Part shown: in pieces, positions 26,753 through 39,374 of the stretch
Numbering within the stretch: the first letter of the stretch is position 1
Layout of the letters: every line of letters starts with the position of its first letter
DNA from: Trichoplax adhaerens
Lineage: Eukaryota; Animalia; Placozoa
DNA length: 64,000 bases
Assembly: GCF_000150275.1 (NCBI RefSeq)
Contig: NW_002060945.1
Span: forward strand, 2,937,172-3,001,171
Reading direction: 5' to 3'
Notes under the pieces: model-generated
The model's input: the letters and a program-made list of their open reading frames with translations, nothing else
Told to the model about the DNA's origin: nothing
Databases searched by the model: none
Program-made: the position numbers and the translations under genes

Positions 26753-28278
26753 CGGTAGGACGTCACTTCTATTTCAATATTCGCTAAGCTTGGCTGAAGA
26801 AGACAAATATGTTCTTTTTATATCACCCACTCAACCGGATAAAATACCCCTATTGTCAGAAGGGAAAGAGCCTCCAACTGCAAAATTATTAAAATATATT
26901 ACAATGGTGTAAGTCATTTTCGAAACGTCTCCCAGATAGATACTGCAATTAATATTAAAATGATGGTTCCTTGAAATCACAAATGACCTCAAGAGCTCTG
27001 TACTAGTCAATTTTTCTTCTGTTGTAGAAGTAGCTTCTAGATATTAACGCCAATAACACCATAGTAAAGGTATGTATGACCTGACTGCTTTTTATGCTGT
27101 ATAACACACATTATAGGTATCCCAAAAATCTTCAACAACTTCTACAGTTTCTATCTTCTGCACATACAGTGGAAAGAAATATACCGTACGCAGTGATCAT
27201 TGACGACTTAGATACTTATTATATCGACAAGAACAAGGTCAAGAATAAATCTTCCTTGTATTACCGTAAATTGTTTTTATTTTCGTCTACGCAACACTCG
27301 TGTTTCAATTTTATGTCTTTTATAAAACCGAGCCTACTATCATTAATTCGTTATAGACTGCGCAAAAGAATGCCATCAAAGCTACTATATGTTCGTATTT
27401 ATATGATGTCGTAGAATTTTATTCATCAAAGCTGTAAGTACGCGTGTAAGAAATGGACCATTCATTTTTTAACTACTGAAAGGCTTTACGTAGCTATCTT
27501 GCTACCAGTTCAAACGTTCTTAAAAAGTTTCTTCTCGTATTCTATCTTAAAAGTTCATAGATGTTCCTGTTTGGTGCTAATGTTAAATTGCTTATCAATA
27601 TAAACTATGTTTAAACTAGTACTTTTCTTTCAATTGTGCATGAATATATTGCATAATATATTCACCTACAATATCTGCATACTTTAGAACTAGCAAACCC
27701 GAGACCTCAAGGAATGTTTCTTGCCATCTTATTGCTGCGATTAATTCTAGTTCATTTAGTACTAAGGATGTTAAAGATGGTAAGTACTACACCAAGTAGC
27801 AGTGAGTATTTGACTTAGAGTAAACGGTAGTAATGAATATTGATAAAAAAGAGAATATAAAATATTGTTTGACCTTCCTTACAAATAGACAAAGACAATA
27901 AAATAATGCAAGAGTGGTTCTATCCTACATTATTGGTAACCAGTACCAATAGTAAGTTTATATTCGAGTTGTGATATTAAATAACTTATTCAATTTTTAA
28001 ACTTGTAGTATGCAAGACTATTATATAAGTTTAGTAGTGAGTAATACGAGAATATTAAACAATGTTAAATAAGGATATTAAACAGCTAACCAACTACTTT
28101 ACCGCGCCATTTAGGTCCAAAAAATTTAGATCCGACATCATCGAGTACTTTTCACTTGTCTACTTGTGATTCACCTACTACTTTTTTACTAACTTATCAA
28201 CTACATAAGAAGGGCACAATTACACTATGTTCTGTGCGCAATTCCTTAGATACATCCGAAGTAGACTGGTTTAAATAA
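26753..28278 (+). CDS. SWSAP1: SWSAP1-like RecA/RAD51-fold protein (Shu complex); >=6 exons, 5' end unresolved
   Basis: (S)GRTSLLFQYSLSLAEEDKYVLFISP...ITMV|YPKNLQQLLQFLSSAH...YAVIIDDLDTY resembles the SWSAP1 pattern GKTxLLF...VLF...YP..LLxxLxSAH...LLLDxLE; in-phase GT-AG exons to TAA 28276-28278. Confidence 0.72.
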
Positions 28279-29662
28279 AATTAATTGCGTTACTTTTCCC
28301 ATGATAAATTTGAATTAAAGTTATATTTTTATCATGTAAAGAATTGATTAAAGTTTTTGCTGAGTATTTGTGTGTAACATATACAGGCTCTGAGATTTTA
28401 TTTATATGTACTCAATCTTTTAGTGATCAGTTTAAATTTACGCTGTACATCTTTCCGACCCATTGTATCAACTCCCGTAATACTGTATTTGAGTGGCTAG
28501 TCTGATTTAGAACTATTAAAGCCAGTAAAAATTTAAACATAAACAAATTGAGTTCTAAACTTATTGTCCTAAATAATTATAATTTCAATTTTAGCCTTAA
28601 AGGCACTAAACATGTTGGAAATATAAAAATAAATAAAGATCAATATTAAGTTCAAGTAAAAACTTCTCTGAAGGAAAAACACGGAACCAAATTAATTTTA
28701 AACATTGCTGGGCATATATTGAATTATCATCTTAAGAACTGTTTTTAACGCGAGTAAAAATTACATTCTAAATGAATAGTACCACAAACATTCTATGTAC
28801 TGTATTTAAGTTTTAGAAAGAAATGGCTTTAAATAATTAAAGAACTAGGTTCTGGTTTCCAACATTAAAAGTAACATTGATGTTGTCTTCGCACCACTTT
28901 ATATAAAATGGTGTCTGAAATAACGATAGCGTAGTAATTCTATTTCATCCATTTATCCTACATACAGATACAATATGGATAATCGTATCGAGTTCATCTC
29001 GCATATTGGAATACGTATCAGTTGATAAATCGAACCTACAAATCCTTACTTCATCGCTGAAGTACGTTTTTAACTCACATAGCATAATACCTATCCAAGG
29101 TTTAATAGTAGTTTTAAACTGTAACATCAACAGTACAGTTGCTATTCATGTGATACCCGTAGATCCAGTGGAAAGATTAACTCATTATCGTAATCCATCC
29201 TGTTTACAGGCGATTATCATCTATTCCTGTATGTAGGTTACATTACACGATCTACCTATAACGAAAGTAATGTTTATCATATTTTTAAAGTAATAATTAT
29301 AATCACGCAAGCTATCAATACTTGACTTCGTATTTTATACCCCCGTAGCCAAAGTACTTCTAATTATTCCCCTCATATGCACATATGTAATACATCAACA
29401 ATTGTAATATAAGGTTAGGGCTGTCGTATCTAATTTTAAATCATGACGTTGGCAGTATAAGATAATATCTACTACTGCCATGTAGCAACATAGTCAGTGC
29501 ATCACGTTTATCAAATATCGGTATCTTGTTTAATCGAACACACGCATGAATCTAGCAAGTTAAACATTTTATTGGCTTTACAATTTTATAGCATAACAGC
29601 GCTTTTGAAATTACACATCATACAGTGTAAATTAGTTGCAACATAAAATATCCTCAGCAAGA

Positions 29663-32132
29663 TTATAACCTATTGCTACTAGAAATAGCCTTCAAATCAA
29701 CAAAACACTGACTTAGGAAATCTTTCTCCTAAAAAAAATTAAACATAATGATTATCAATAACATGCCACGTAAGGTATTAGTAAACATAGAAGATTAAGC
29801 TATACCTGTTGAGCGGAGATACTCTTAACAACTTCCTGTTCCAACCAACCAACGATGTGCTCTTTTTCCTGCCTTCGCTTTGTTTGTTCGACTTCTACTT
29901 GATAATCCTAAATGTAATATACAAAGAATGCGTATGTAATACTTGCTCAAAAATTATAATAATTTACTGCATACGTACAAGTCGTTTCTTAACTTCCTCG
30001 TAAACATGTTGTTGTCTTTTACGATATTCTAATTCCAATTTCATGGCATTATTTTCCTATCGTTCGTATAATATTTTAATTAGTCAACATCAAATAAATA
30101 TATTCCATATCGTAAAGAGTAAACCAATGGTAGCTAACCTTCATAACTTCAAATATTTCATTTCGTGAATCAAACATACGTTCTATACCCTTTTCAGCTT
30201 CGATAGCCTCTTGTAATCTCTCCATTTGCATATTTCGCCCTTCATTTAGGGTATCAAGGATCTCCTAATAAACAAATATAGAAGATTAGTCATTAAGCAT
30301 AGTGTATAAGTTAATAATATCATTTCGAAATAGTCTGTATTTACATCTCCTTGTTGATCGAGAAATTCAGCGGTCGGCTTACCAACTTTCCTAATGATAC
30401 CGTAACTCACACCAAAAATGGAGAGAGCAATCAAAGTCTAGCAATCAAATATAAATTTCAATTCAATGAAAAAAGTACCGAGTAAAGCAATTTAACTGGC
30501 CATATTAAAAAGTGTAGAAATGTCAGAAATATTATAAGCACTGCCATCAATTTTAATGGTAGGAATCACAAGCAAACCTCAGTATGTAGAACCAACATTT
30601 CTTTTGATAACAAATAAGCTAATATACCACCACCCAAAACATAAGGACCTGAAATAGAAAAACAATAATAATTGAATTTATCAAAATAATTATCCTTGAA
30701 AAGTTAAACAGTATAAGAAAAATTATTTTATGCATGTATCATTCAATTTTACCTGATGTTCCAGTTTTCTCTTCAATCAGTTCTTTCAGTGTCCTATTTG
30801 ACGTAGTCTGTACAGCATCTGTTCCATATTAAATCAAGAAATTAATTGAAACCTCATAACTAGTACATCATTTCGATGCAATAAAATCCTGCTATCTGAT
30901 ATCGCCAATAGAGTAATTCATCATCTGGAGTTAACACAGTTTTCTTAAAGTAGAAGCTATTAAGACTACAATTGCTAAATAATGATATAACTACTGTACA
31001 GCTAACTGAAGTGAAGGTAGCATAAAACTTTAGTTAGCTCAGTAAACTTACTCTCTTTAGCCAAGCGGGGACTTTGAGAGATGCAGCGATTGTTAAGGAT
31101 AACAATACTATAAACGAAATAATGCTATTTAGATATGATGGGAATAGCCATGAAATCAGAAAATATACAGTACTATCGTACCATTATCTATTATTGCATC
31201 ATGAACATAACCAGCTTACCTTGGTTGAACGATTTTGCCCACACTTCTCTTGCTAGCGTTGAGCAGCGCTAAAAAGTGTTTAAATAGTAAAACGTTAATC
31301 AACGCTACCTCAAACTTAGTACCAAAGAACTATGATTGAAATATTTAAGTATATTTCATCAACACAACTGTGAAAGTATCACTTAAAGTTAGCCCACAGT
31401 AGTCAAAACCAACAATTTCATGCACAAGTATATCCAAGATAGAAATTCAGCAGTTATTCATGATTACAAAAAAACGACGAAAAAATTGAGAACTTTTGAT
31501 GGTACTATACCATACTTGTAAGTAAGTCATGAGAATAGAATAAAGTTAAGAATAATTCAGCTTTAATCAAGATAGAATTAACGATCAAATATCATGATAG
31601 CGCACTAGTGGATGGCTAGTAGAAATGTGATGCTGGACAATATGTAAACGCGTATCGATTCCACAAGGTTTTGAACCGTCAATGTGGACAGTTATAGTAC
31701 TGTACTGTATATACTGTAGTGCAAAGTACTGTCAGTACAGTACGTACGTGTTGTATGGATAGCCAACCTATCGTAAGTTGCACGGGGCTACAGCAAGTGA
31801 TGTTTAAAACTGCAAAGTTATGGAACTCAGCTTCTACTTTGTACTAAATAATTGCTGCAATCTACCATCAAGTCAGGAAAAAGAGATTATGACTGACTCA
31901 TAACAAACTTGAAATTTATTACATAAACTAAAAATGCGAGCATACTTCACATTAAACTAATAGAGTACAGCTGTGACCGTTGGATAGCGTTCACTACCGA
32001 TTTTCTCAACTACCTTATTGTTATAAAATCATAAGCAACACCATCATTGGCGAATACCAGCAATAACAGAAAACATGAATCTTTTATTTTACCGTAGCTA
32101 GCAGATAGAGCTATCCTAGATCTTGACAACAT
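29663..32132 (-). CDS. ATP5PB: Mitochondrial ATP synthase peripheral stalk subunit b; 10 exons
   Basis: Presequence MLSRSRIALSAS; KTGTSGPYVLGGGILAYLLSKEMLV; LELEYRKRQQHVYEEVKKRLDYQVEVE...EHIVGWLEQEVVKSISAQQEKDFLSQCFVDLK. Confidence 0.93.
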
Positions 32133-32339
32133 GATCACCGTCTGCAGCAGCACGAACCAAGATCACACAAGATGGCGATCAAGCCCTAAAAGTCGATGAT
32201 TCAATACTGCGAGGATAAAATACATGCGCAGTATCAATGATCGGACGCTTTCCCACAAGGCTTTGTGGCATTCAACTTGTAGCTGGTGAGTGGTAGGTGG
32301 GTGACTGGTGACTGGTAACTATGGTGACTGATGGCTACT

Positions 32340-32945
32340 ATGGGTGTTGTTACGATACAGTGTACTGAACTGCTGTGCCGTAAAACACGCAGTCAGAGCG
32401 CCATTGTACTGTACACTGTACAGTGTACAGCATAGTAGTCGACACTCTACTAAAGTGACTAAAGAGAGAAGAAAGGGAAAAAATCGCTTTTTCCGTTTAC
32501 GTGTACTGTACTGTACTTCTATGTCACGACAAGACCAGTTGCTGCTATAGCATATTATTACTGTCTGTAGCAGTGCTGCCTAAAATAAATAATGTTATGA
32601 AATCTTTGCCCACCCATTGCACTGTACAATACTGTACTGTACAGTACTTGGGTACCGTTAGTACTGTACTGTATGGAAAGAAGAAACTCTACCGTCTCTA
32701 CGGTACTGACTCGTGCTGTACAGTGTACTGTACAGTACAGTACACTGTTAACTACAGTACAGTACAGTATAATACACTGTAAGTTACTGCACTGTACTGT
32801 AGCTGATTGGCAAAATGGACTGTAACCGTACTGTACGGTACAGTCCACAGTGCTCAAGGTACAGTACATATGTATCGTACATTGTACTGTAACTACTGCA
32901 CTGTACTCTTGTCAAGTGGCGGCGGCAGTTTGCTGTACGGTACCT
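32340..32945. promoter_or_regulatory. GTAC/TACTGTACAGTA-rich low-complexity island in the ATP5PB/TUBGCP2 head-to-head interval (putative bidirectional promoter)
   Basis: Dozens of tactgta/tacagta/gtacagt words between two divergent ATGs 1.2 kb apart; promoter function is inferred from position. Confidence 0.55.
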
Positions 32946-33306
32946 TGGTGGCGGTAATATCTTTGCCCTTCAAAATTCATTCCCATATCCTCGAAATGGC
33001 GATGCATAGAATGCCAACGGAGACCCAAATCAACAACTAAATTAGCAGAGATCTACTAGACTGTATCACCGACGGCGCCAAATCCATTGTAGACCTTAAC
33101 CTATCTTGCTCAATTCTTCTATTAAAGCTAGTGGTAGTCGGTTAGTGTAGTTGGATCAACCTGAAAGAACGACTGCTACAAATCCACAACTGGATCCGTG
33201 TAGCTGTTGTGTAGCGTACTGAATACGTGCATCTTAGCCCTAACCTGCAAATCAATTCCTCCTATTTTTATGCTTCAGCGCGTACCTTCAAAATTGTGCA
33301 AGGAAA

Positions 33307-36300
33307 ATGAGTGAATTCCATATTCATCACCTCGTATCGGAGTTATTGGAGAAATTAGGGTTAGTCAGTAATGTCTAAGCAAGTGCATACAACAATTAAA
33401 ACATTTCATAACGTTAATCTTGTATCTTCACTAAATGACTACATGAACAGCAATAAACACTCTACTAGAATAATATTGCATACAGTATGTACGCCTATTC
33501 CATACTCATAGCACTTTTACAGGAATGTACTGCGACTTCATTGCATTTGAAGCAACTTTTATATATACATACTGTATAAATAGCCTCTAGAATATGTCAC
33601 AATGAACATGATCAAATTATAATTCTAGGACTGGAGGCAAAGGAGCTGAAGTTTATGCCGACATTTTACAGAAAAATACTACTCCTTATGTAACTACTCA
33701 GGTGTGTTTACAACTATTACATACATTGCCAACAATGTAGATTTGCAAGACTATTTCTCATCTTAGCATAAGAATGGACGTATCATAAGAGTAAATAAAT
33801 TACCTTCGACAGTCAAGGTATCACCAGGCAGTAAGATGCTATAGTTCCAAACACCTGGTATATTGTCATCCATGCCCAATAGAAACGTACAATATAGACA
33901 GCAGTGAGAATTACTTTGTTATTCAATTCTTACACCTGTAAAAATAAACTCCTCTCATTCTAAATCTTTCCAAGCAAACATTTCATTTGTTCTTCTAAAA
34001 CGTTACAGGTATCTGCCCATACCGCCAAGCGAAAAATTGCTGATCAGTGCTCTTCTCCAAGTGAATTTTTACGTAAATACAACGATTTAAAATCCAGAAG
34101 GTAATTTACCCACAGTTTTTAGACAACTACTATACTGATTTTAGTAGTCGCAGATGGTTATTTCCAATCTCTTTAAAGCTTAACTTGTCTTGGCTCAGTC
34201 TAAAAATTAGAACTAAATAAAATAAATAGTTGCTTGCATTTCTCGATCAATTCATGCTAACGTAATAAATTTGTTCTATTTATAATTTCATAGTATTCAA
34301 GAAGTAGATTCACTGACATTTTTCCTATCAAAGTTAATTGATGAAAAGAGTGTAGTAGAATATTTAAAAGATCATGCCGCCAAAACTTCAAGTGAAGACT
34401 TCCAGTATCCTAGTGTAAATTCTTCATTATCAAGTTCCACATCCGAACAATTACGTACTGTATCCGTAGATGATGTTAAGACGGTAAAACTATCTCGTAA
34501 ATGCAGTAACTGCAAACACAGCATTTTATTCTTTTCTTAAGCGGCGTAACTCAATCGAATACCCTCTACTTTATTTGCATATTGCTACGTTACAGCTTCA
34601 AAACCAAATAGCCATCGCGACTGGAGGCAGCAGTAATTATCATTCAAGTGAAGCTTTACGAAAAATATTAAGAGAAAAGCAAGCTAAGAAACTAGCAGGT
34701 GAAAACTAGGTTGTAACTGTAAATCACTGAAATCGTGAAGGTACCTTTATTGCAATTCTTTACATTTATGGAAAAGGTACGAAGGTACCTGACAGGCCAG
34801 AATGGATAACTGAGCGCCCATACCTTACACAAGACTATGTAATTAATGTGCCAGAAAGTCGTATCACTGCAGCGGTAAGAATAACTTATCACATCGACAA
34901 TTCTTACCTAATTACAATACAATCTGCGTATACTTTTAATAGACAGCTAACCTTTAGCCTTAAGAATAAAATTGTCCATCGTTTACTATATCTTTCTATC
35001 TCGAATACTACAGTCTGAACAAGTTTCAATTGGAACCCTACCGTTGCCTCTCCAGGAATTAGCAATTTTGGAAGATTTATTATATCTATTAAAGGTTCTT
35101 GCAAACAATCAAGCAAACCTTTACAGCGGACTATTTCACCTTAAACAGCAGTATTTTTATATCGTGCTCTTATAATTATTATAGGGTGTTGAAGGAAAGT
35201 ATATACTGGTCAAACAAGGCAGAGACAGAAGTGGTGTTAGATCATTCATAATCGATAAAACTTTAGGTATGCCCCAAATTATAAAAGATTACCGGTATTG
35301 CTCCTACTGAGATCAACAAATTATAAAGGCTATATCAATTTATCAACATTATGTTAATAAAAATTGAAATTATTACTTCTTTGATCCACATTTAAATCTA
35401 GACCCTTCATTAATGGAACTAATTAATCGCATCCTCCCTATGTGCAGTTATTATTCCATTATTTGTCAATTTTTAGAAGGTACTGAGATTAATCATTAGA
35501 CTATCCCAGTATGATAAGGAGTTATGCAACAATAATGAAATCCTTACAACTTTATTCATTTGTAGAAAAATGTTTTTTCGAGTATGGCTTAGTAAATCAA
35601 GCTCTTACTGCTGCAATTCATGAATTAATGAAGGTATATGCATGATTGCTTACGAAGATCTTCCAAGCCTTGTAGTTGAACTTGGTATTTATCGTAGCTT
35701 CGTAGAAGATTTATTAAATTACTGACCAAAGCTAACATTTCCATTACAGGAACACCTTATCGTTACCGCGCAGCTTGAACATCAAATACGTCAAGTAAGA
35801 GCTAATAATTAATTGTTATAATAATTTATGTACTGTATATTAGAAGACGTAGCACGATATTGACAAATCTTTAGCTAGAACGTCGTACTTTTCACCTTAC
35901 AAAATATCAGGGCAACTTATCACTTCAAAAAATGTGGTTTTATTTGCAACCAAGCATGAAAACGTTTGAAGTAGTGCAATCTATTATCCTATCGATTAAC
36001 AAGGTATCCGCTTAGTCGTCTGTAATTCATTATATGTATTCAATTGCGAGTATCAATATAGCCTTACATCTACTTTTTTCGCAGGGTTTTCTTCGTGGTG
36101 GTAATGTCTTAACCTTACTTCACGAAGTTACAAAGAGCCACCTAATGTTAGCTAATATGTAGAACTTTTTGCATATATATCATTATGATGATGAAATTGA
36201 CGTATCATCCGATTCTTTACTATTATGAATTTTTGCTTAATGTGTCAAAATTACTATATGTTTTGCAGTGATTCAAAGATACAAGAACTTAGTTTTCATC

Positions 36301-39300
36301 TCACGCAATCTGCTGGTCAACCGTTCTTTGAAATACTCGAACACTGGATCTATAAGGGTATCATTGTCGATCCTTATTCTGAGGTTAGATACCTAGTAAT
36401 ACAGAGAAATTGAAATTTATATTGCTTTCTGACTACAGTTAACATATTTATATCTAATGTACGGATGTAGTTCTTCATCATAGAGAATACGAGTTTATTA
36501 AAAGAAGGAATCGCTGAAGATTTACACGATGCTTACTGGGATCACCGCTACACGATACAACCTGATCGGATTCCTGTTTTCTTGTCAAAGGTTTGATAAG
36601 CCCTGTATTTTCCCATTTTATACATCAATATCTTACGGTATTTCTTATAACATAAATTATAGCTTGCGGAAAAGATCTTAAGAACCGGAAAGTACTTAAA
36701 CGTTATTCGTGAATGTGGTAAATAAGTGACGGAAAAAAGCTGTTTCATGACATTAAACTTTGCTACTCATAAGTTCACGATAACTTTTTACTTATTTGAT
36801 TTAGGACGCGATGTGCAATATCCGAACGCGGAAGAAATAGTGTACACCCTAGATGACCGAAAGTAAATTTACGATTAAGCATACAAATATTACTAATGTT
36901 CTTTAGTTCAAATTATGTATATCTTATTCTGTACGTAATCTTTATAGGTATATAGACCACATTGAACGGGCTTATAACTATGCCAGTGAAGAGTTACTAA
37001 AGGTGCTACTAAAAGAGAAAGACTTAAAGGGTAGACTGAGGTACTGAATATCCTGTACTGGTGTAAACAGTTATTCAAGAAGTAATTGAATCTTCTGACC
37101 ATCGAATTTAACTTGCTAGATCTATTAGAAACTACTTTCTGATGAATCAAGGTGACTTTTTCGTTCATTTTATGGACTTGGCTGAAGATGAAATGCGAAA
37201 GAGTGTTGAAGATATCCTATTAGCTACATTTTTTAATACTCCTTTTTAAAATTATTACAGAGACAATTTTAACACTCGTGCAGGTTTGGTACAATTCTTA
37301 ACATTTTATAGATATCGTATTGCCCCGTTTAGATGCCTTACTCGAGTTAGCGTTACGCACTAGTGCTGCAGTTCATGATCCTTACAAGGACGATTTAAGG
37401 TATCAGAATATTTTAACTCTTTATTCGAATGCCTGGCAGACTGTATTGAATAACTCCAATTGAATTCTTTTAGGATAGAGTTATTATCTTATGATCTTAT
37501 TACACAACTCTTCCGGATACTTGCGGTATCTCAAGATACAAAGCGCCCAACAGAACAAACAGTTAATATATCAGGTAGGCAATCTAGTCCATAGATTTTA
37601 TACGCCGAAGCAAGTTAAAAGATCTAAAACAATCCTGTGTCTTTTCTACGTTAATAGTTTTGGAGGCATTTACATTCGACTTTACTGTACATTGGCCACT
37701 TTCCATTATTATCAGTCGTAAGGTAGGAAAGTCTATTAAGCATAGTTTCTTAGCATTAAATATAGATATGTGACAATTTCTTAGCTTAGCGTAATTTATC
37801 TTTTTCCTGTTAGGCCTTAACAAGATACCAAATGTTGTTTCGCCATCTGTTCTACGCTAAACACGTCGAGAAACAGTTATGCAGGTTAGATCATAAGACT
37901 ATATGGGTACTGATTATAGTTGACAATAGAAATTGATCAAGACCTAACCAGATGAACCTTTTACAAGAAATATTCGTCTTATATTATTTACTGTGCTCTA
38001 GTATTTGGGTAAGCAGCAAAGTTGCAAAGCAATACCAACTACGAGCGTCCAAATGGTAAGTGTCATCTCAAATTATAGTTCATCCGTGTTGTTGGTATCT
38101 TTTATAGTCATCTGGCATACAGTGCTTATTTTTAAGAACATATAGTAACACAACGTTAACCTCGATAACACTTACTAAACTTTATAGGTATGCTGCGGCA
38201 TTTGCGTTGCGCCAAAGGATGCTACACTTTGTTCAAAATTATCAGTATTATATGATTTTTGAAGTAAGAATGCGAAAAACTAGCAGTCGTTACAGCTTAG
38301 TTATTTTTATTATAACTAACTATTAAATATCATTAAATAATTCTCTCTAGGTTATTGCGCCAAACTGGCATGTTCTTGAAGAAAAATTGCTACTTGTAAT
38401 TGCCTTTTTCATCTTTAATTTTAGATAATCAGGAACTTATCAATTTTATGATAGTTCTGATACTTAATTACGTTATTGAATTACTTTTGTGCATCCAATT
38501 TAGGTGTCCAATATCGATGAGCTACTAGAGCACCACAATGATTTTCTAGATAGATGTTTGGAAGAATGTATGTTAACAAACCCAGAATTACTTAAAATTG
38601 TCAGTAAACTGATGTTGGTCTGTGTAACATTTACAAATTGGATGAATGTAAGGACTACTTCAAATACAATCGAAACAATTAACTATCTACTACTAGTAAC
38701 TTGGATGATGACACTGTAAGATTGCTGTTAATAAAAGAACAAATTATTTCATTTCCATAGAGATTTTCTCACAGTGTAGAAGTTGATTCTCGAATAACTG
38801 AAGTTACTGGCCAGAATTTATCAAGAAGTATGATAGGAAATGCAGGAAAAAGTATTGGTGGTATGCAAGCTCTAGAAGAGAGAAGAGTAACAACTAAGGT
38901 TAGACATCTAGCTCTTTTACTTGATAATATCTATTAATATGACGATTACCTATATTATAATTACAGATTGTGTCAGAACATATTGACCAATTAATTGGTA
39001 GCGATGAATTTGAGCGATCAATCGATAACTTTAGTAAAAATTTTCTTAAGCAATTAATCGACTTATTGGATAGAGTTGGAGAACTAGGTGTGATTAATTA
39101 TCAACAAAGTATTATCAACATTATAGCACGAGTCGACTACAATGGCTTTTACACTGAAAGACTACGTATGCAAGCAGAAATTAGAGCTAAAGCTAAAGCT
39201 GACAAAAAAGTCGCCAATAAATTAACACGTACAAAATCGACGGCAGAAGAAATTCGTGAAAGTAACTTGATAAAAGGTATTAGCGATTTCCCAAGCGGAT

Positions 39301-39374
39301 CTATTGATGAAGAACTGGCTGCTTCCATCATTAGTGTGCCTGATATTAGCGATGCAGATGATGATACTAGATAG
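33307..39374 (+). CDS. TUBGCP2: Gamma-tubulin complex component 2; >20 exons
   Basis: N-terminus MSEFHIHHLVSELL; LSLQKMWFYLQP; LEHWIYKGIIVDPYSEF; KILRTGKYLNVIRECG; FLMNQGDFFVHFMDLAE; LRQRMLHFVQNYQYYMIFEVIAPNW; HNDFLDRCLEECMLTNPELL; RVDYNGFY. Confidence 0.95.
37212..37311 (+). other. Putative U12-type (minor spliceosome) intron with AT-AG termini in TUBGCP2
   Basis: 5' end ATATCCTA, branch site TTCTTAAC at 37295-37302 about 10 nt before the 3' TAG; removal restores RKSVE|DIVLPRLDALLELALR. Confidence 0.75.

Noticed and set aside
28945-29236. Short ORFs between SWSAP1-like and ATP5PB
   Set aside because: No recognisable homology or exon chain.
32344-33040. Cys/Thr/Val/Tyr-rich ORFs (also 15468-15755 and 49320-49601)
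   Set aside because: Translations of GTAC low-complexity islands.
34855-34874. Apparent 20-nt microexon in TUBGCP2
   Set aside because: It is the end of a longer exon (34778-34874) encoding the conserved PEWITERPYL motif.
36004-36084. Second U12-type intron in TUBGCP2 (GTATCCGC donor)
   Set aside because: The donor deviates at +7/+8, the branch site is poor and a normal pyrimidine tract is present; more likely U2.
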